Origin: a virus
Taxonomy: Duplodnaviria; Heunggongvirae; Uroviricota; Caudoviricetes
DNA length: 13,986 nucleotides
Direction: 5' to 3' (one strand)
IMG/VR virus record: IMGVR_UViG_2695420382_000006
How positions within the stretch are numbered: the stretch's first letter is position 1; the number at the start of each line of letters is the position of its first letter. The position numbers and the translations under genes are program-made. The notes beneath the pieces were generated by a model. It was not told the origin of the DNA and ran no database searches. It saw only the letters and a program-made list of their open reading frames with translations. Of the stretch, positions 1 through 12,716 are shown piece by piece.

Positions 1-2246
1 CCCGCTGGCTCATATTTGCCGCCGGTTCCCGTAAATCCCCCGGTTGCAAAATGGAATTTCGCCGCAGCGGCCTGAATGGCTGTACCACCTGACGCGGATG
101 CGCCGCCACCAACAGCCCCGCCAATGGCGCTGCCGATACTCCCGACAATCCCCACCATTGCCTGCTTAAGCAGAATTTCTGTCATCATGGACAGCACGGA
201 GCGGGTGAAGCTGCGCCAGTTCTGTTCACTGCCGGTCAGCATCGCCGCCATATTCTGTGCAATACCATCAAAGGTCTGCGTGGCTGCACTTTTAACCTGT
301 GACATACTGTCCGTGGCGCTCTCTTCCCACTCACTCCAGCCGGACTTCAGGCCTGCCATCCAGCTCCCGCGAAGCTGGTCTTCAGCCGCCCAGGTCTTTT
401 TCTGCTCTGACATGACGTTATTCAGCGCCAGAGGATTATCGCCATACTGTTCCTTCAGGCGCTGTTCCGTGGCTTCCCGCGCTGCCTGCCGGTCAGTCAG
501 CCCCCGGTTTTTCGCATCAATGGCTGCCCGTTTTGCCCGTTGCTGCTGTGCGAATTTATCCGCCTGCTGCGCCAGCGCATTCAGGTGCTCCTGATACGTA
601 ACCTTGTCACCAAGTGCAGCCAGCTGGCGTTTGTACTCCAGCGTCTCGTCTTTATGCGCCAGCAGGGATTTCTCCTGTGCGGACAGCTGGCGACGTTGTG
701 CCGCCTCCTCCAGTACCGCGAACTGACTTTCTGCCTTCCACAAATCCCGGCGCTGCTGGCTGATTTTCTCATTCGCTCCGGCATGCTTCTCCAGCGTCCG
801 GAGTTCTGCCTGAAGCGTCAGCAGGGCCGCATGAGCACTGTCTTCCTGACGATCGCCCGCATACACCTTCACGCCGGACTGTTTCGGCTTTTTCAGCGTC
901 GCTTCATAATCCTTTTTCGCCGCCGCCATCAGCGTGTTGTAATCTGCCTGCAGGATTTTTCCGTCTTTCAGTGCCTTGTTCAGTTCTTCCTGACGGGCGG
1001 TATATTTCTCCAGCGGCGTCTGCAGCCGTTCGTAAGCCTTCTGCGCCTCTTCGGTATATTTCAGCCGTGACGCTTCGGTATCGCTCTGCTGCTGCGCATT
1101 TTTGTCCTGTTGACGCTGTTGATCTACCCTCTTTTGGGCTGCATCCCGCTCCAGGCGTTTTTTTTCACGATCATCCCAGTAACGCGCCCGTGCTTCATCG
1201 TTAACGAAATAATCATCCTTGCGCAGATTCCAGATGTCGTCTGCTTTCTTAAACGCAGCCTCTGCCTTAATCAGCATCTCCTGCGCGGTATCAGGACGAC
1301 CAATATCCAGCACCGCATCCCACATGGATTTGAATGCACGTGCAGTCCTGTCTGCCCAGGTCTCCAGCGTGCCCATGTTCTCTTTCAGGCGGCGGGTCTG
1401 GTCATCAAACCCTTTCGTTGCGGCCTCGTTCGCCGCCTGCAATGCCCCGGCTTCATCGCCGGAACGCTGCAACTGAGCAACATACGCAATCTGCTCCGCC
1501 GTCACGTTATGGAACTGGCGTGCCATCGCCGTCAGCCCCGACGTCGGGTCTGTGGTCAGCTTCCCGAAGGCTTCAGCGACCTTGTCCACCTCCACGCCGG
1601 ATGCAGAGGAGAAACGCGCCACACTCTGGCTGATGGACGCAATCTGAGCCTCACCGCTTACCCCCGCCTTAACCAGTGCGCTGAGTGACTCGCTGGTCTG
1701 GTTAAACGTCAGCCCTGCCGCCTGCCCGGCTCTGGACAGGACCAGCATACGATCTGCCGTCAGTCCCGCCTGATTACCGGAAAGGACCAGCGTTTTGTTG
1801 AAATCGGACAGGGTTGAGTTGCCCTGATACCAGGCATACGCCAGCGCACCGGTCGCCACCGCCAGCGAGGTGGCCCCCACCATCGGCAGGGTGATCGCGC
1901 CGGCAAGCCCCCTGAACATGGGGATCATCCCGCCGAAGGAGTCCTTAACCTGACCACCCTGTTGCAGCAGGATCAGCCAGGGATTCTGCCCCCCTGCAAG
2001 CTGCGTGGCCACGTCGGTGAACTGTGCAGGCAGCATACGCATGGCGGCTTTATACTGCCCGACGGAAATCCCCGCTTTCTGTGCAGCCAGCGCCTGTCGG
2101 CTCAGCGACTGTTCAACGACTGCCGCTGTTTTTTTCGCATCACTTTCCGTACCGGAAAAATGACGCCTGACTCTGGCCATCTGCTCGTCAAATCTGGCCG
2201 CATCCAGACTCAAATCAACGACCAGATCGCCTACCGGTTCAGCCAT
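1..2246 (-). CDS. H: Tail tape measure protein gpH, partial (N-terminal ~748 codons; 3' end beyond window start)
   Basis: Reverse complement of 2221-2246 translates MAEPVGDLV (lambda gpH N-terminus). Reverse complement of 1-190 translates MTEILLKQAMVGIVGSIGSAIGGAVGGGASASGGTAIQAAAAKFHFATGGFTGTGGKYEPAG, a glycine-rich segment near the gpH C-terminus. Not in the ORF track because no stop lies inside the window; internal stops were not checked along the whole length. Confidence 0.88.
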   Translation of the reverse strand, partial: MAEPVGDLVVDLSLDAARFDEQMARVRRHFSGTESDAKKTAAVVEQSLSRQALAAQKAGISVGQYKAAMRMLPAQFTDVATQLAGGQNPWLILLQQGGQVKDSFGGMIPMFRGLAGAITLPMVGATSLAVATGALAYAWYQGNSTLSDFNKTLVLSGNQAGLTADRMLVLSRAGQAAGLTFNQTSESLSALVKAGVSGEAQIASISQSVARFSSASGVEVDKVAEAFGKLTTDPTSGLTAMARQFHNVTAEQIAYVAQLQRSGDEAGALQAANEAATKGFDDQTRRLKENMGTLETWADRTARAFKSMWDAVLDIGRPDTAQEMLIKAEAAFKKADDIWNLRKDDYFVNDEARARYWDDREKKRLERDAAQKRVDQQRQQDKNAQQQSDTEASRLKYTEEAQKAYERLQTPLEKYTARQEELNKALKDGKILQADYNTLMAAAKKDYEATLKKPKQSGVKVYAGDRQEDSAHAALLTLQAELRTLEKHAGANEKISQQRRDLWKAESQFAVLEEAAQRRQLSAQEKSLLAHKDETLEYKRQLAALGDKVTYQEHLNALAQQADKFAQQQRAKRAAIDAKNRGLTDRQAAREATEQRLKEQYGDNPLALNNVMSEQKKTWAAEDQLRGSWMAGLKSGWSEWEESATDSMSQVKSAATQTFDGIAQNMAAMLTGSEQNWRSFTRSVLSMMTEILLKQAMVGIVGSIGSAIGGAVGGGASASGGTAIQAAAAKFHFATGGFTGTGGKYEPA

Positions 2247-3077
2247 ACCGGACTCCTCCTGCGATCCCTTCTGATACTGTCATCAGCATTACGTCATCCT
2301 CCGTCATGTCCGCCACATCCGGGGAAGCGGGGATAACTTCATTCCCGTCCGGGCCAAAGCGGACACCTCCGGCAAGCCCTGCCGCTTTCTGCATCAGCAC
2401 ATCATCTTCAGGCTCTTCGTCAGCCTCGCGCCGGTTCAGCAGACTGAAATCCAGCGGATGCATCTCCGGATCGCTGAAAAACAGGCTGAGCACGGTGTAC
2501 GTCAGCCCGGAAAAGTGCATATCCAGCAGAACATCATGAAAATAATGGGTACTGTAAAAGCGGTGCCAGTCGGCATACTCCGTGGATGACATCCCGGCAA
2601 GCATGGCGCGCCAGTCGGGTCGCCCCATCTCACGCGCCAGTTTCAGGGCAAAACTCAGCTCACCGTCGAACACTTTCCCGCAGAAACAGGCTCTGCAGGC
2701 CCGGCGTCCTCTGCCTGTTCAGGAGCATCATTCACCACAAACTCATACATACCGGACAGCCGGTACACCACGTTTTCAGCATGAGAAATTGCCTCTGTGG
2801 GCCAGGTGGTAAGCACTTCCTGCTCAATCTGTTTAACGGCTTCATTCATGGACGGCATCTGCGTCTTCTTCGGATGGTTATGCCACAGGGACATCGCAAC
2901 CACAAAAGCGCCGGTTCTGATGGCGTCTTCCACAGTAAACTTCCGGTTGCTGTCTGACTCCGCCTGTTCTGCCTGCCGTTTCATCAGGTCGAGATGCTCA
3001 ATACGCTGCAGGGCTGACAGTTCAGAAAGCGTGACGGTCACACCGTTATGTTCAAATGATTCGGTTTTCAGGAACAT
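2239..3077 (-). CDS. T: Tail assembly chaperone G-T fusion produced by programmed -1 ribosomal frameshift (T-frame part 2239-2679)
   Basis: The 2239-2673 ORF begins with GTG immediately after the slippery heptamer and reads (M/V)FDGELSFALKLAREMG. Its stop at 2239 overlaps the H start at 2246. Arrangement matches lambda G/G-T. Confidence 0.85.
2655..3077 (-). CDS. G: Tail assembly chaperone gpG
   Basis: 140-aa ORF ending ...PVSAGKCSTVS; stop TGA at 2655-2657 confirmed by manual translation. Position between V and T/H as in lambda. Confidence 0.9.
   Translation of the reverse strand: MFLKTESFEHNGVTVTLSELSALQRIEHLDLMKRQAEQAESDSNRKFTVEDAIRTGAFVVAMSLWHNHPKKTQMPSMNEAVKQIEQEVLTTWPTEAISHAENVVYRLSGMYEFVVNDAPEQAEDAGPAEPVSAGKCSTVS
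2673..2679 (-). promoter_or_regulatory. Programmed -1 frameshift slippery heptamer G GGA AAG (minus strand) for G-T synthesis
   Basis: Plus strand 2673-2679 is ctttccc, so the minus strand reads GGGAAAG within G codons GCG GGA AAG, six codons before the G stop. The -1 frame continues into the T ORF. Confidence 0.85.
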
Positions 3078-3092
3078 CGCTGACTCTCCGGA

Positions 3093-3833
3093 TTAACTGG
3101 CGGTGACGTTGATTTCTGCAACCGCAGCAAACTCACCATTACCAGATACGACCGGAATGTTGACCTTGCCTGCAGCAACACCTTTCACGGTGATGGTCAT
3201 ACCACTGACCGACACGGTGGCTTTTGTTTTATCCGCAGACACCGCACGGAAGCTCTTGTCGGTTGCGCCATCCGGCTGGAATGCCACGGTCAGCGTGGTG
3301 CTCTGCCCTTTCACTACGGAAGCACTGGCGGGTGTCACCGTCATGCCGGTCGTCGCCGTCACCGTGCTGCGATCTTCTGCCATCGACGGACGTCCCACAT
3401 TGGTGACCTTCACCGTGCGGGTAATCACCTCCTTCGCCGTCACCGCCTTACCGATACTGCTGACCCAGCCACGGAACACATCGACCGTGCCGTTCGGGAA
3501 GCGGATTTTATAGGCACGGGTATCACCTTCATTAAACCACGCCAGCAGCGCCTGCTGCCCCTGCTCTCCGGGCATCCACGCCAGCGTGAAGCTGGTATCT
3601 CCGGCAGATTTCTGCCCCTGCCCGGTCGCAGTCCAGTCTGCATCTTCATCATCGAGATAGCTGTCGTCATAGGACTCAGCGGTCAGTTCGCCGGGCGTCA
3701 GGTCTTTAACTTTTGCCAGACGCGACCAGTCAACGTCTGAAAGCGGGTTCGCATAAGGGTCACCGCTCCCCTTATAAACCCACAGGGTGGTCCCGGCACC
3801 TTTCACCGGCATTGTAGGATTTGGTACAGGCAT
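3093..3833 (-). CDS. V: Major tail tube protein gpV, with C-terminal Ig-like domain
   Basis: 246 aa from [20 protein letters not shown]. Start ATG at 3833 is preceded by GAGGA. The listed ORF 3093-3863 carries a 10-codon upstream in-frame extension that is probably not translated. C-terminal ~90 aa are T/V/S-rich, typical of an Ig-like fold. Confidence 0.9.
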   Translation of the reverse strand: MPVPNPTMPVKGAGTTLWVYKGSGDPYANPLSDVDWSRLAKVKDLTPGELTAESYDDSYLDDEDADWTATGQGQKSAGDTSFTLAWMPGEQGQQALLAWFNEGDTRAYKIRFPNGTVDVFRGWVSSIGKAVTAKEVITRTVKVTNVGRPSMAEDRSTVTATTGMTVTPASASVVKGQSTTLTVAFQPDGATDKSFRAVSADKTKATVSVSGMTITVKGVAAGKVNIPVVSGNGEFAAVAEINVTAS

Positions 3834-3840
3834 AGCGTCC

Positions 3841-4236
3841 TCACATTTCATAGATAATGACATAAGTCAGATCGGCTGAACTCCACAGGCCCGCATCATC
3901 GTCGCGCCGGTAGTCATAGCCGCTGGCCACCATACTGGTGATCAAATCTGACAGTGCCGGGATATCGCTCATCACCGGATAAATCCGGGACTCCATCCAC
4001 GAATCCAGCTCTGAATCCGGCACCTGAGCAGGCAGGAAAACTTCAATATGCAGCTCCGCCTGCCAGGTATCGCTGTCCAGCTCTTCGCCCGTGTATTCAG
4101 CGCCGGTGAGATAAACGGCAATTGCCGGAAAATCTTCCTCATCAAAAACAGCGGGGCGACCATCAAAAAGCGTCGCCCCGGTGTCATGCTTCTCCAGTGC
4201 ATCCAGTACGGCTGCACGGAGTTCAGTATGTTTCAT
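3841..4236 (-). CDS. U: Tail terminator protein gpU
   Basis: 131-aa [21 protein letters not shown]...; overlaps Z by 4 nt (4233-4236) as in lambda. Confidence 0.9.
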   Translation of the reverse strand: MKHTELRAAVLDALEKHDTGATLFDGRPAVFDEEDFPAIAVYLTGAEYTGEELDSDTWQAELHIEVFLPAQVPDSELDSWMESRIYPVMSDIPALSDLITSMVASGYDYRRDDDAGLWSSADLTYVIIYEM

Positions 4237-4811
4237 CGCTTTATTACCATTCTCAGTTGATGCTGCAGCGCATAGCCCAGCTCTTTCGGAAGACGTTCAC
4301 GCCGTATCCGTTCAATATTCTGTTTAAACGCCGTGGTCAGCGGCACCGCCATCGGGATTTTCACCACATCAATGGGGTAACGGTTTTTCCCGGCCACACG
4401 CTGCATAACATGCCACCGGCCGTTTTTCAGTTGCTGAATAAACGCGCCGGGAATACGACGGTTACCCACCACAAGCACGCTGCCGCCACCTTTCAGGGAT
4501 GAACGCTGCCCCTTTTTATGACGCCTGCGGCGGGACAGGACAACCCGCGCATTACCCAGCTTGATTACGGGCAAATCCCCCCGGTTAACTTTGATTCTGG
4601 CCTGCGGATTTTTGACCGTGGCCCTTTTCAGCCTGGCCCTTTCCTTTACCAGTTTCCGGCGTACCTTTGTCTCACGGGCAACCTGTGACGCAGACTGCGA
4701 TATCGCGGATGAAGCAACGCGGTTAATGGCCATTGCGGCGGCACCGGGCACCGCCGTTTTGCTGATACGGCTGAGGTTTTCAACGGCCTGCTCAAGACCT
4801 TTTATGGCCAT
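4233..4811 (-). CDS. Z: Tail completion protein gpZ
   Basis: 192-aa basic protein MAIKGLEQAVENLSRISK...; synteny between FII and U. Confidence 0.9.
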   Translation of the reverse strand: MAIKGLEQAVENLSRISKTAVPGAAAMAINRVASSAISQSASQVARETKVRRKLVKERARLKRATVKNPQARIKVNRGDLPVIKLGNARVVLSRRRRHKKGQRSSLKGGGSVLVVGNRRIPGAFIQQLKNGRWHVMQRVAGKNRYPIDVVKIPMAVPLTTAFKQNIERIRRERLPKELGYALQHQLRMVIKR

Positions 4812-4822
4812 ACATCCCCCTT

Positions 4823-5176
4823 TCAGCGGCGACGGTTAACGGCAGGCGGTACGCCCCGTCCAAGCCAGAGATGACAACTTCCGCCATCATCCGGCGAAAC
4901 CCGATCTACCCAGAAATTTTCCTCACCGATGGTCAGCGTGTCTCCACGCCGCAGCTGCCGCACCTCATCAGTCCGGACAAACAGGGACGGGCTGGAGCCT
5001 TCAACGCGCACGCCCTGTCCGGCATAGCTGATATTTTCAGGGTCATCAAAAACACCACGTATCACCGCACCTGACTGCTCACCGGATGTCATGGTGGCTG
5101 ACGTTCCCATGTACCCGCGTATCGTTTCATCGGCGCGGGCAATGGCAGCATCGAACAGGTTATCGAAATCAGCCAC
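4823..5176 (-). CDS. FII: Head-tail joining protein gpFII
   Basis: 117-aa ORF MADFDNLFDAAIARADETIRGYMG...; position and length as lambda FII. Confidence 0.9.
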   Translation of the reverse strand: MADFDNLFDAAIARADETIRGYMGTSATMTSGEQSGAVIRGVFDDPENISYAGQGVRVEGSSPSLFVRTDEVRQLRRGDTLTIGEENFWVDRVSPDDGGSCHLWLGRGVPPAVNRRR

Positions 5177-5187
5177 AGCGCCTCCCG

Positions 5188-5586
5188 TTATTGCATTCTG
5201 GCCAGGCCGCGCTCTGTCATTTCGGCTGCCACACCGGCAGAGACACGAAACGCCGTTCCCGGCAGCACAAATGCCACAGGTTTATCCCGCGTGGCGTGAA
5301 GTGCATCAGTATGCAGCGTCACCAGTGCCACGACCGTGACCAGTTCAGCCGTATCCTGAATCACGGTATCCGGCTGCGCTGATACCACCTCATTTTCATG
5401 CCCGGTCAGCACATTTTCCCGGCTGAGAGGGGTGTCCTGACCGGCAGTTTCATCCGTGTCATCAAGCTCTTCTTCCAGCTCTGCCACACGAAGCGCCAGT
5501 TCTTCTTTCGTTCCCGTCAAACTGACATCGCGGTTCAATTGCTCACCCAGCTCCTGAAGACGGGCAATCAGTTCATCTTTCGTCAT
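5188..5586 (-). CDS. FI: DNA-packaging accessory protein gpFI
   Basis: 132 aa from MTKDELIARLQELGEQLNRDVSLTG; the listed ORF 5188-5625 has a 13-codon upstream extension. SD GGAGGAG lies just upstream of the ATG at 5586. Confidence 0.85.
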   Translation of the reverse strand: MTKDELIARLQELGEQLNRDVSLTGTKEELALRVAELEEELDDTDETAGQDTPLSRENVLTGHENEVVSAQPDTVIQDTAELVTVVALVTLHTDALHATRDKPVAFVLPGTAFRVSAGVAAEMTERGLARMQ

Positions 5587-5607
5587 GAACTCCTCCACAG
5601 AGAGAAA

Positions 5608-5625
5608 ATGGCCCCGAAGGGCCAT
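5608..5625 (-). terminator. Stable hairpin AUGGCCC-UUCG-GGGCCAU followed by a U-rich tract in the E-FI intergenic space; terminator-like, attenuator or mRNA stability element
   Basis: Plus strand 5608-5625 is atggccccgaagggccat, a perfect 7-bp stem with a 4-nt loop. On the minus-strand transcript it is followed by UUUUCUCUCUG and then the FI Shine-Dalgarno. Confidence 0.4.
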
Positions 5626-5627
5626 GA

Positions 5628-6653
5628 TTACGCCAGTTGAACGGACACGAACTCATCAGGATCAGCCAGCAGCATCAGCGGTGCTGACTGAATCATGGTG
5701 AACTCACGCGCCGGATCGCCGGTGGTCACCCAGTTTTTCGGGTAACGGGCAGAGGCGTTAATGCCTTCGCGCTGTGCGTCCGCATCCTGAATGCAGCCAT
5801 AGGTGCGCAGACCGCGAGCCTGAGTGTTCCCCAGCACCATCGTGTTGTCCGGCAGGAAGTTCTTTTTGACGCCGTTTTCCACGTACTGTCCGGAATACAC
5901 GACGATGGCCACATCGCCATACATTCCCTTATAGGACACCGCTTTGCCCAGGTCTTTTACCGCTGTCTCCAGCTCGGAATGAGAGCCGCGACGGGTATCC
6001 AGCTTCTCCTTGACGGCTTTGAAGGAACGGAACAGCGCCCAGCCTTTCGGGTCAAACACGATGATATTCACCACACCGCTGGCGTTCAGCGCGTAGGCTT
6101 CGATATCGTCGGTCGGGTCATACGTGGACTTGTCACGCTTGCTCCACTCCGTGACGCCGGACTGTGTGATGTTGTTCGCCGCACTGCGGCCCATATCCAC
6201 CTCAACCGGATCGAAGGCTTCACCGGTCATGGTGTATTTGCCCTTGAGCACGGCAGAAACTGCCTGCATCTCTTCGACCTGAGCAATGGCCAGCTCTTCG
6301 TCACGCATGTTCTGCATGATGATGCGACGGCGGCGGTAAGCCGGGTCCGCCAGATTCTGCGGATCTTCATCCGGCAGGCGACGCAGGGTCATCTGCGGAT
6401 TCACCTCATGCTTGGGTTTGACATATCCCGGCGTAAATTCAGAGGTGGAGCCGCCACGGGAACGGATAACCTCACCGGAAACAATCGGCGAAACGTACAG
6501 CGCCATGTTTACCAGTCCCGGAATTTGTGAGAGATAGACTTTCTCCGTAGTGAAGGGATAGCTCTCACGGAAAAAGAGACGCAGAAACAGCGGATCAAAC
6601 TTAAATTTCTGCTCATTTGCCGCCAGCAGCTGGGCGGTTGTGTACATCGACAT
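5628..6653 (-). CDS. E: Major capsid protein gpE
   Basis: 341 aa from MSMYTTAQLLAANEQKFKFDPLFLRLFF...; the listed ORF 5628-6680 has a 9-codon in-frame upstream extension. Confidence 0.92.
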   Translation of the reverse strand: MSMYTTAQLLAANEQKFKFDPLFLRLFFRESYPFTTEKVYLSQIPGLVNMALYVSPIVSGEVIRSRGGSTSEFTPGYVKPKHEVNPQMTLRRLPDEDPQNLADPAYRRRRIIMQNMRDEELAIAQVEEMQAVSAVLKGKYTMTGEAFDPVEVDMGRSAANNITQSGVTEWSKRDKSTYDPTDDIEAYALNASGVVNIIVFDPKGWALFRSFKAVKEKLDTRRGSHSELETAVKDLGKAVSYKGMYGDVAIVVYSGQYVENGVKKNFLPDNTMVLGNTQARGLRTYGCIQDADAQREGINASARYPKNWVTTGDPAREFTMIQSAPLMLLADPDEFVSVQLA

Positions 6654-6666
6654 AAAAAAATCCCGT

Positions 6667-6693
6667 AAAAAAAGCCGCACAGGCGGCCTTTAG
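6667..6693 (-). terminator. Short GC hairpin flanked by an A-tract and a U7 tract in the D-E intergenic region; intrinsic-terminator-like
   Basis: Minus-strand RNA reads AAAGGCCGCCUGUGCGGCUUUUUUU: a 5-bp GC stem (GCCGC/GCGGC) with loop CUGU followed by seven U. Confidence 0.4.
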
Positions 6694-6708
6694 TGATGAA
6701 GGGTAAAG

Positions 6709-7041
6709 TTAAACGATGCTGATTGCCGTTCCGGCAAACGCGGTCCGTTTTTTCGTCTCGTCGCTGGCAGCCTCCGGCCAGAGCACATCCTCATAACGGA
6801 ACGTGCCGGACTTGTAGAACGTCAGTGTGGTGCTGGTCTGGTCAGCAGCAACCGCAAGAATGCCAACGGCAGCACCGTCGGTGGTGCCATCCCACGCAAC
6901 CAGCTTACGGGTGGAGGTGTCCAGCATCAGCGGGGTCATTGCAGGCGCTTTCGCACTCAATCCGCCGGGCGCGGTTGCGGTATGAGCCGGGTCACTATTG
7001 CCCAGCGGCTGGTAATGGGTAAAGGTTTCTTTGCTCGTCAT
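6709..7041 (-). CDS. D: Capsid decoration protein gpD
   Basis: 110 aa from [27 protein letters not shown]...; the listed ORF has two extra upstream codons (MF). Confidence 0.9.
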   Translation of the reverse strand: MTSKETFTHYQPLGNSDPAHTATAPGGLSAKAPAMTPLMLDTSTRKLVAWDGTTDGAAVGILAVAADQTSTTLTFYKSGTFRYEDVLWPEAASDETKKRTAFAGTAISIV

Positions 7042-7050
7042 AAACATCCC

Positions 7051-7773
7051 TTACACTGGTGTGTTCAGCAAATCGTTAACGGCATCAGATGCCGGGTTAC
7101 CTGCAGCCAGCGGTGCCGGTGCCCCCTGCATCAGACGATCCAGCGCAGTGTCACTGCGCGTCTGTGCACTCTGTGGTGCTGCGGCCAGAATACGGCGGGG
7201 NNNNNNNNNNNNNNNNNNNNNNNNNNNNNNNNNNNNNNNNNNNNNNNNNNNNNNNNNNNNNGCAGTGTCACTGCGCGTCTGTGCACTCTGTGGTGCTGCG
7301 GCCAGAATACGGCGGGCCGTTTCCACGGTCATACCGGGGGTTTCGGCCAGCACGCGTGCCTGTTCTTCGCGTCCGTGAGCCTCCTCACAGTTGAGGATCC
7401 CCATAATGCGACTGTTTTCTGCCGCAACCGCTGCGGTGATCTGCGCGTTCACGTCCGGCTGCGCCGCGCTGGCGTTCTCGCCCTCCGTCGCTTGCACCAC
7501 GCCAGTAACGTCAGCCTGCGAAGCAGTGGCTGAAACAGTTGTTGATTGAGTCTCTTTGGTCATTCGCCCTCCTGAGAGACGGGATTTACGTGCATCCAGT
7601 GCATCACGCATGACGGTGATCGCATCGGTACTGTTAACAAGTTCATCAGCCAGTCCGGCATCAATGGCCTCCTGACCGCTGTACACTGCAGCCTCGGTAT
7701 CCAGCACAGCCTGCACGGACAGGCCGGTATATGCCGACACCTTCTGTGCAAACATCCGGCGGGTTGCATCCAT
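7051..7773 (-). CDS. nu3: Capsid scaffolding protein Nu3 (in-frame internal start within C); reading frame interrupted by a scaffold gap and duplicated flank
   Basis: Internal Met at MDATRRMFAQKVSAYTGLS... is residue 136 of the 7051-8178 ORF, which places it at 7773. Without the 117-nt gap-plus-duplication the product would be 201 aa as in lambda Nu3. Ends ...ASDAVNDLLNTPV. Confidence 0.6.
   Translation of the reverse strand: MDATRRMFAQKVSAYTGLSVQAVLDTEAAVYSGQEAIDAGLADELVNSTDAITVMRDALDARKSRLSGGRMTKETQSTTVSATASQADVTGVVQATEGENASAAQPDVNAQITAAVAAENSRIMGILNCEEAHGREEQARVLAETPGMTVETARRILAAAPQSAQTRSDTXXXXXXXXXXXXXXXXXXXXXPRRILAAAPQSAQTRSDTALDRLMQGAPAPLAAGNPASDAVNDLLNTPV
7145..7317. repeat. Direct duplication of ~55 bp (7145-7199 and 7262-7316) flanking an N-run; unmerged overlapping contig ends
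   Basis: The same sequence gcagtgtcactgcgcgtctgtgcactctgtggtgctgcggccagaatacggcggg occurs immediately before and after the N-run; the translated protein repeats RRILAAAPQSAQTRSDT on both sides. Confidence 0.85.
7201..7261. other. Assembly or scaffold gap (61 N)
   Basis: Uninterrupted run of n characters in the supplied sequence. Confidence 0.98.
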
Positions 7774-8448
7774 CCGGGACTGCAATGTTTCCCGGACATC
7801 ATCCGGTAGATGGCTGTAGGGGTTGCCATCCACCTTATGGCTGCCGCTGTAAATCAGCGTGATTTCCACGCCCTGTTTCTCCAGTGCAGCGCCGTAATTA
7901 CTGTGAGCCATCATGACGCCGATGGAGCCTGTCCGGGCGGTCTGCGTGACCAGACGCCGGGAGGCGGCACTGGCAAGCAGCTGACCTGCGCTGCAGTTCA
8001 TGTCATTGGCCAGCGCCCATACCGGCTTTATGTCACGCACACGGGCGATGATGTCAGCGCAGTCAAATGCTCCCGCCACCATTCCGCCCGGTGTGTCCAT
8101 ATCGAGCAGAATGCCGTCCACCATCGGGTCGCTGGCAGCCTGTTGCAGACGGGCGATAATGCCGTTGTAACCGGTCATCCCCGAGTACGGCTGACCAGCG
8201 TGCCGGACACCGGCAGCACGGCGATGCCGTTCATTACCTGATAACTGCGGGCCTGTCGTGGTCCGTCATCATCACCGGATAACGCCAGCGCCGCGGGTGC
8301 CTCTCCGGCAGTCAGGCTGTCGCCGGATACTGCATCCGTCAGGCAGCTGATCCCAAGCTGGCCTGCAAGCGCACAAAAGAAAACCCGCGCATAGGCGGGT
8401 TCAAGCATCAGCGGCTCATTAAAAGCCATGCTGGCAATATGCGGGAGA

Positions 8449-12149
<3,701 letters not shown>

Positions 12150-12175
<26 letters not shown>

Positions 12176-12695
12176 TCAGCAACCCCGGTATCAGTTCATC
12201 CAGCGCGGCTGCTTTGTTCATGGCTTTGATGATATCCCGTTTCAGGAAATCAACATGTCGGTTTTCCAGTTCCGGAAAACGCCGCTGCACCGACAGGGGG
12301 ATCCCGTCGAGAATACTGGCAATTTCACCTGCGATCCGCGACAGCACGAAAGTACAGAATGCGGTTTCCACCACTTCAGCGGAGTCTCTGGCATTTTTCA
12401 GCTCCTGTGCGTCGGCCTGCGCACGCGTAAGTCGATGGCGTTCGTACTCAATAGTCCCTGGCTGGAGATCTGTCTCGCTGGCCTGCCGCAGTTCTTCAAC
12501 TTCCCGGCGCAGCTTTTCGTTCTCAATTTCAGCATCCCTTTCGGCATACCATCTTATAACGGCGGCAGAGTCATAAAGCACCTCATTACCCTTGCCACCG
12601 CCTCGCAGAACGGGCATTCCCTGTTCCTGCCAGTTCTGAATGGTACGGATACTCGCACCGAAAATGTCAGCCAGCTGCTTTTTGTTGACTTCCAT
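12150..12695 (-). CDS. nu1: Terminase small subunit gpNu1 (cosB-binding)
   Basis: 181-aa ORF MEVNKKQLADIFGASIRTIQNWQEQGMPVLRGGGKGNEVLYDSAAVIRWYAERDAEIENEKLRREVEELRQ...; lies directly downstream of cosB. Confidence 0.92.
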
Positions 12696-12716
12696 TGTTC
12701 ATTCCACGGACAAAAA

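Noticed and set aside
76-2336. Long plus-strand ORFs (76-594, 540-1070, 1110-1688, 1219-1476, 1334-1633, 1962-2336) with Ala/Arg/Ser/Cys-rich low-complexity translations
   Set aside because: They lie antisense to the well-supported tape measure gene H in GC-rich DNA, where stop-free antisense frames are expected by chance.
5979-6530. 183-aa plus-strand ORF
   Set aside because: Antisense to major capsid gene E; shadow ORF.
7201-7261. N-run as a possible biological feature
   Set aside because: Runs of N are assembly placeholders; the duplicated flanks confirm an unmerged contig overlap.
7810-8241. 143-aa plus-strand ORF, and other plus-strand ORFs in 6723-7533
   Set aside because: Antisense to C, nu3 and D; some span the N gap and are meaningless there.
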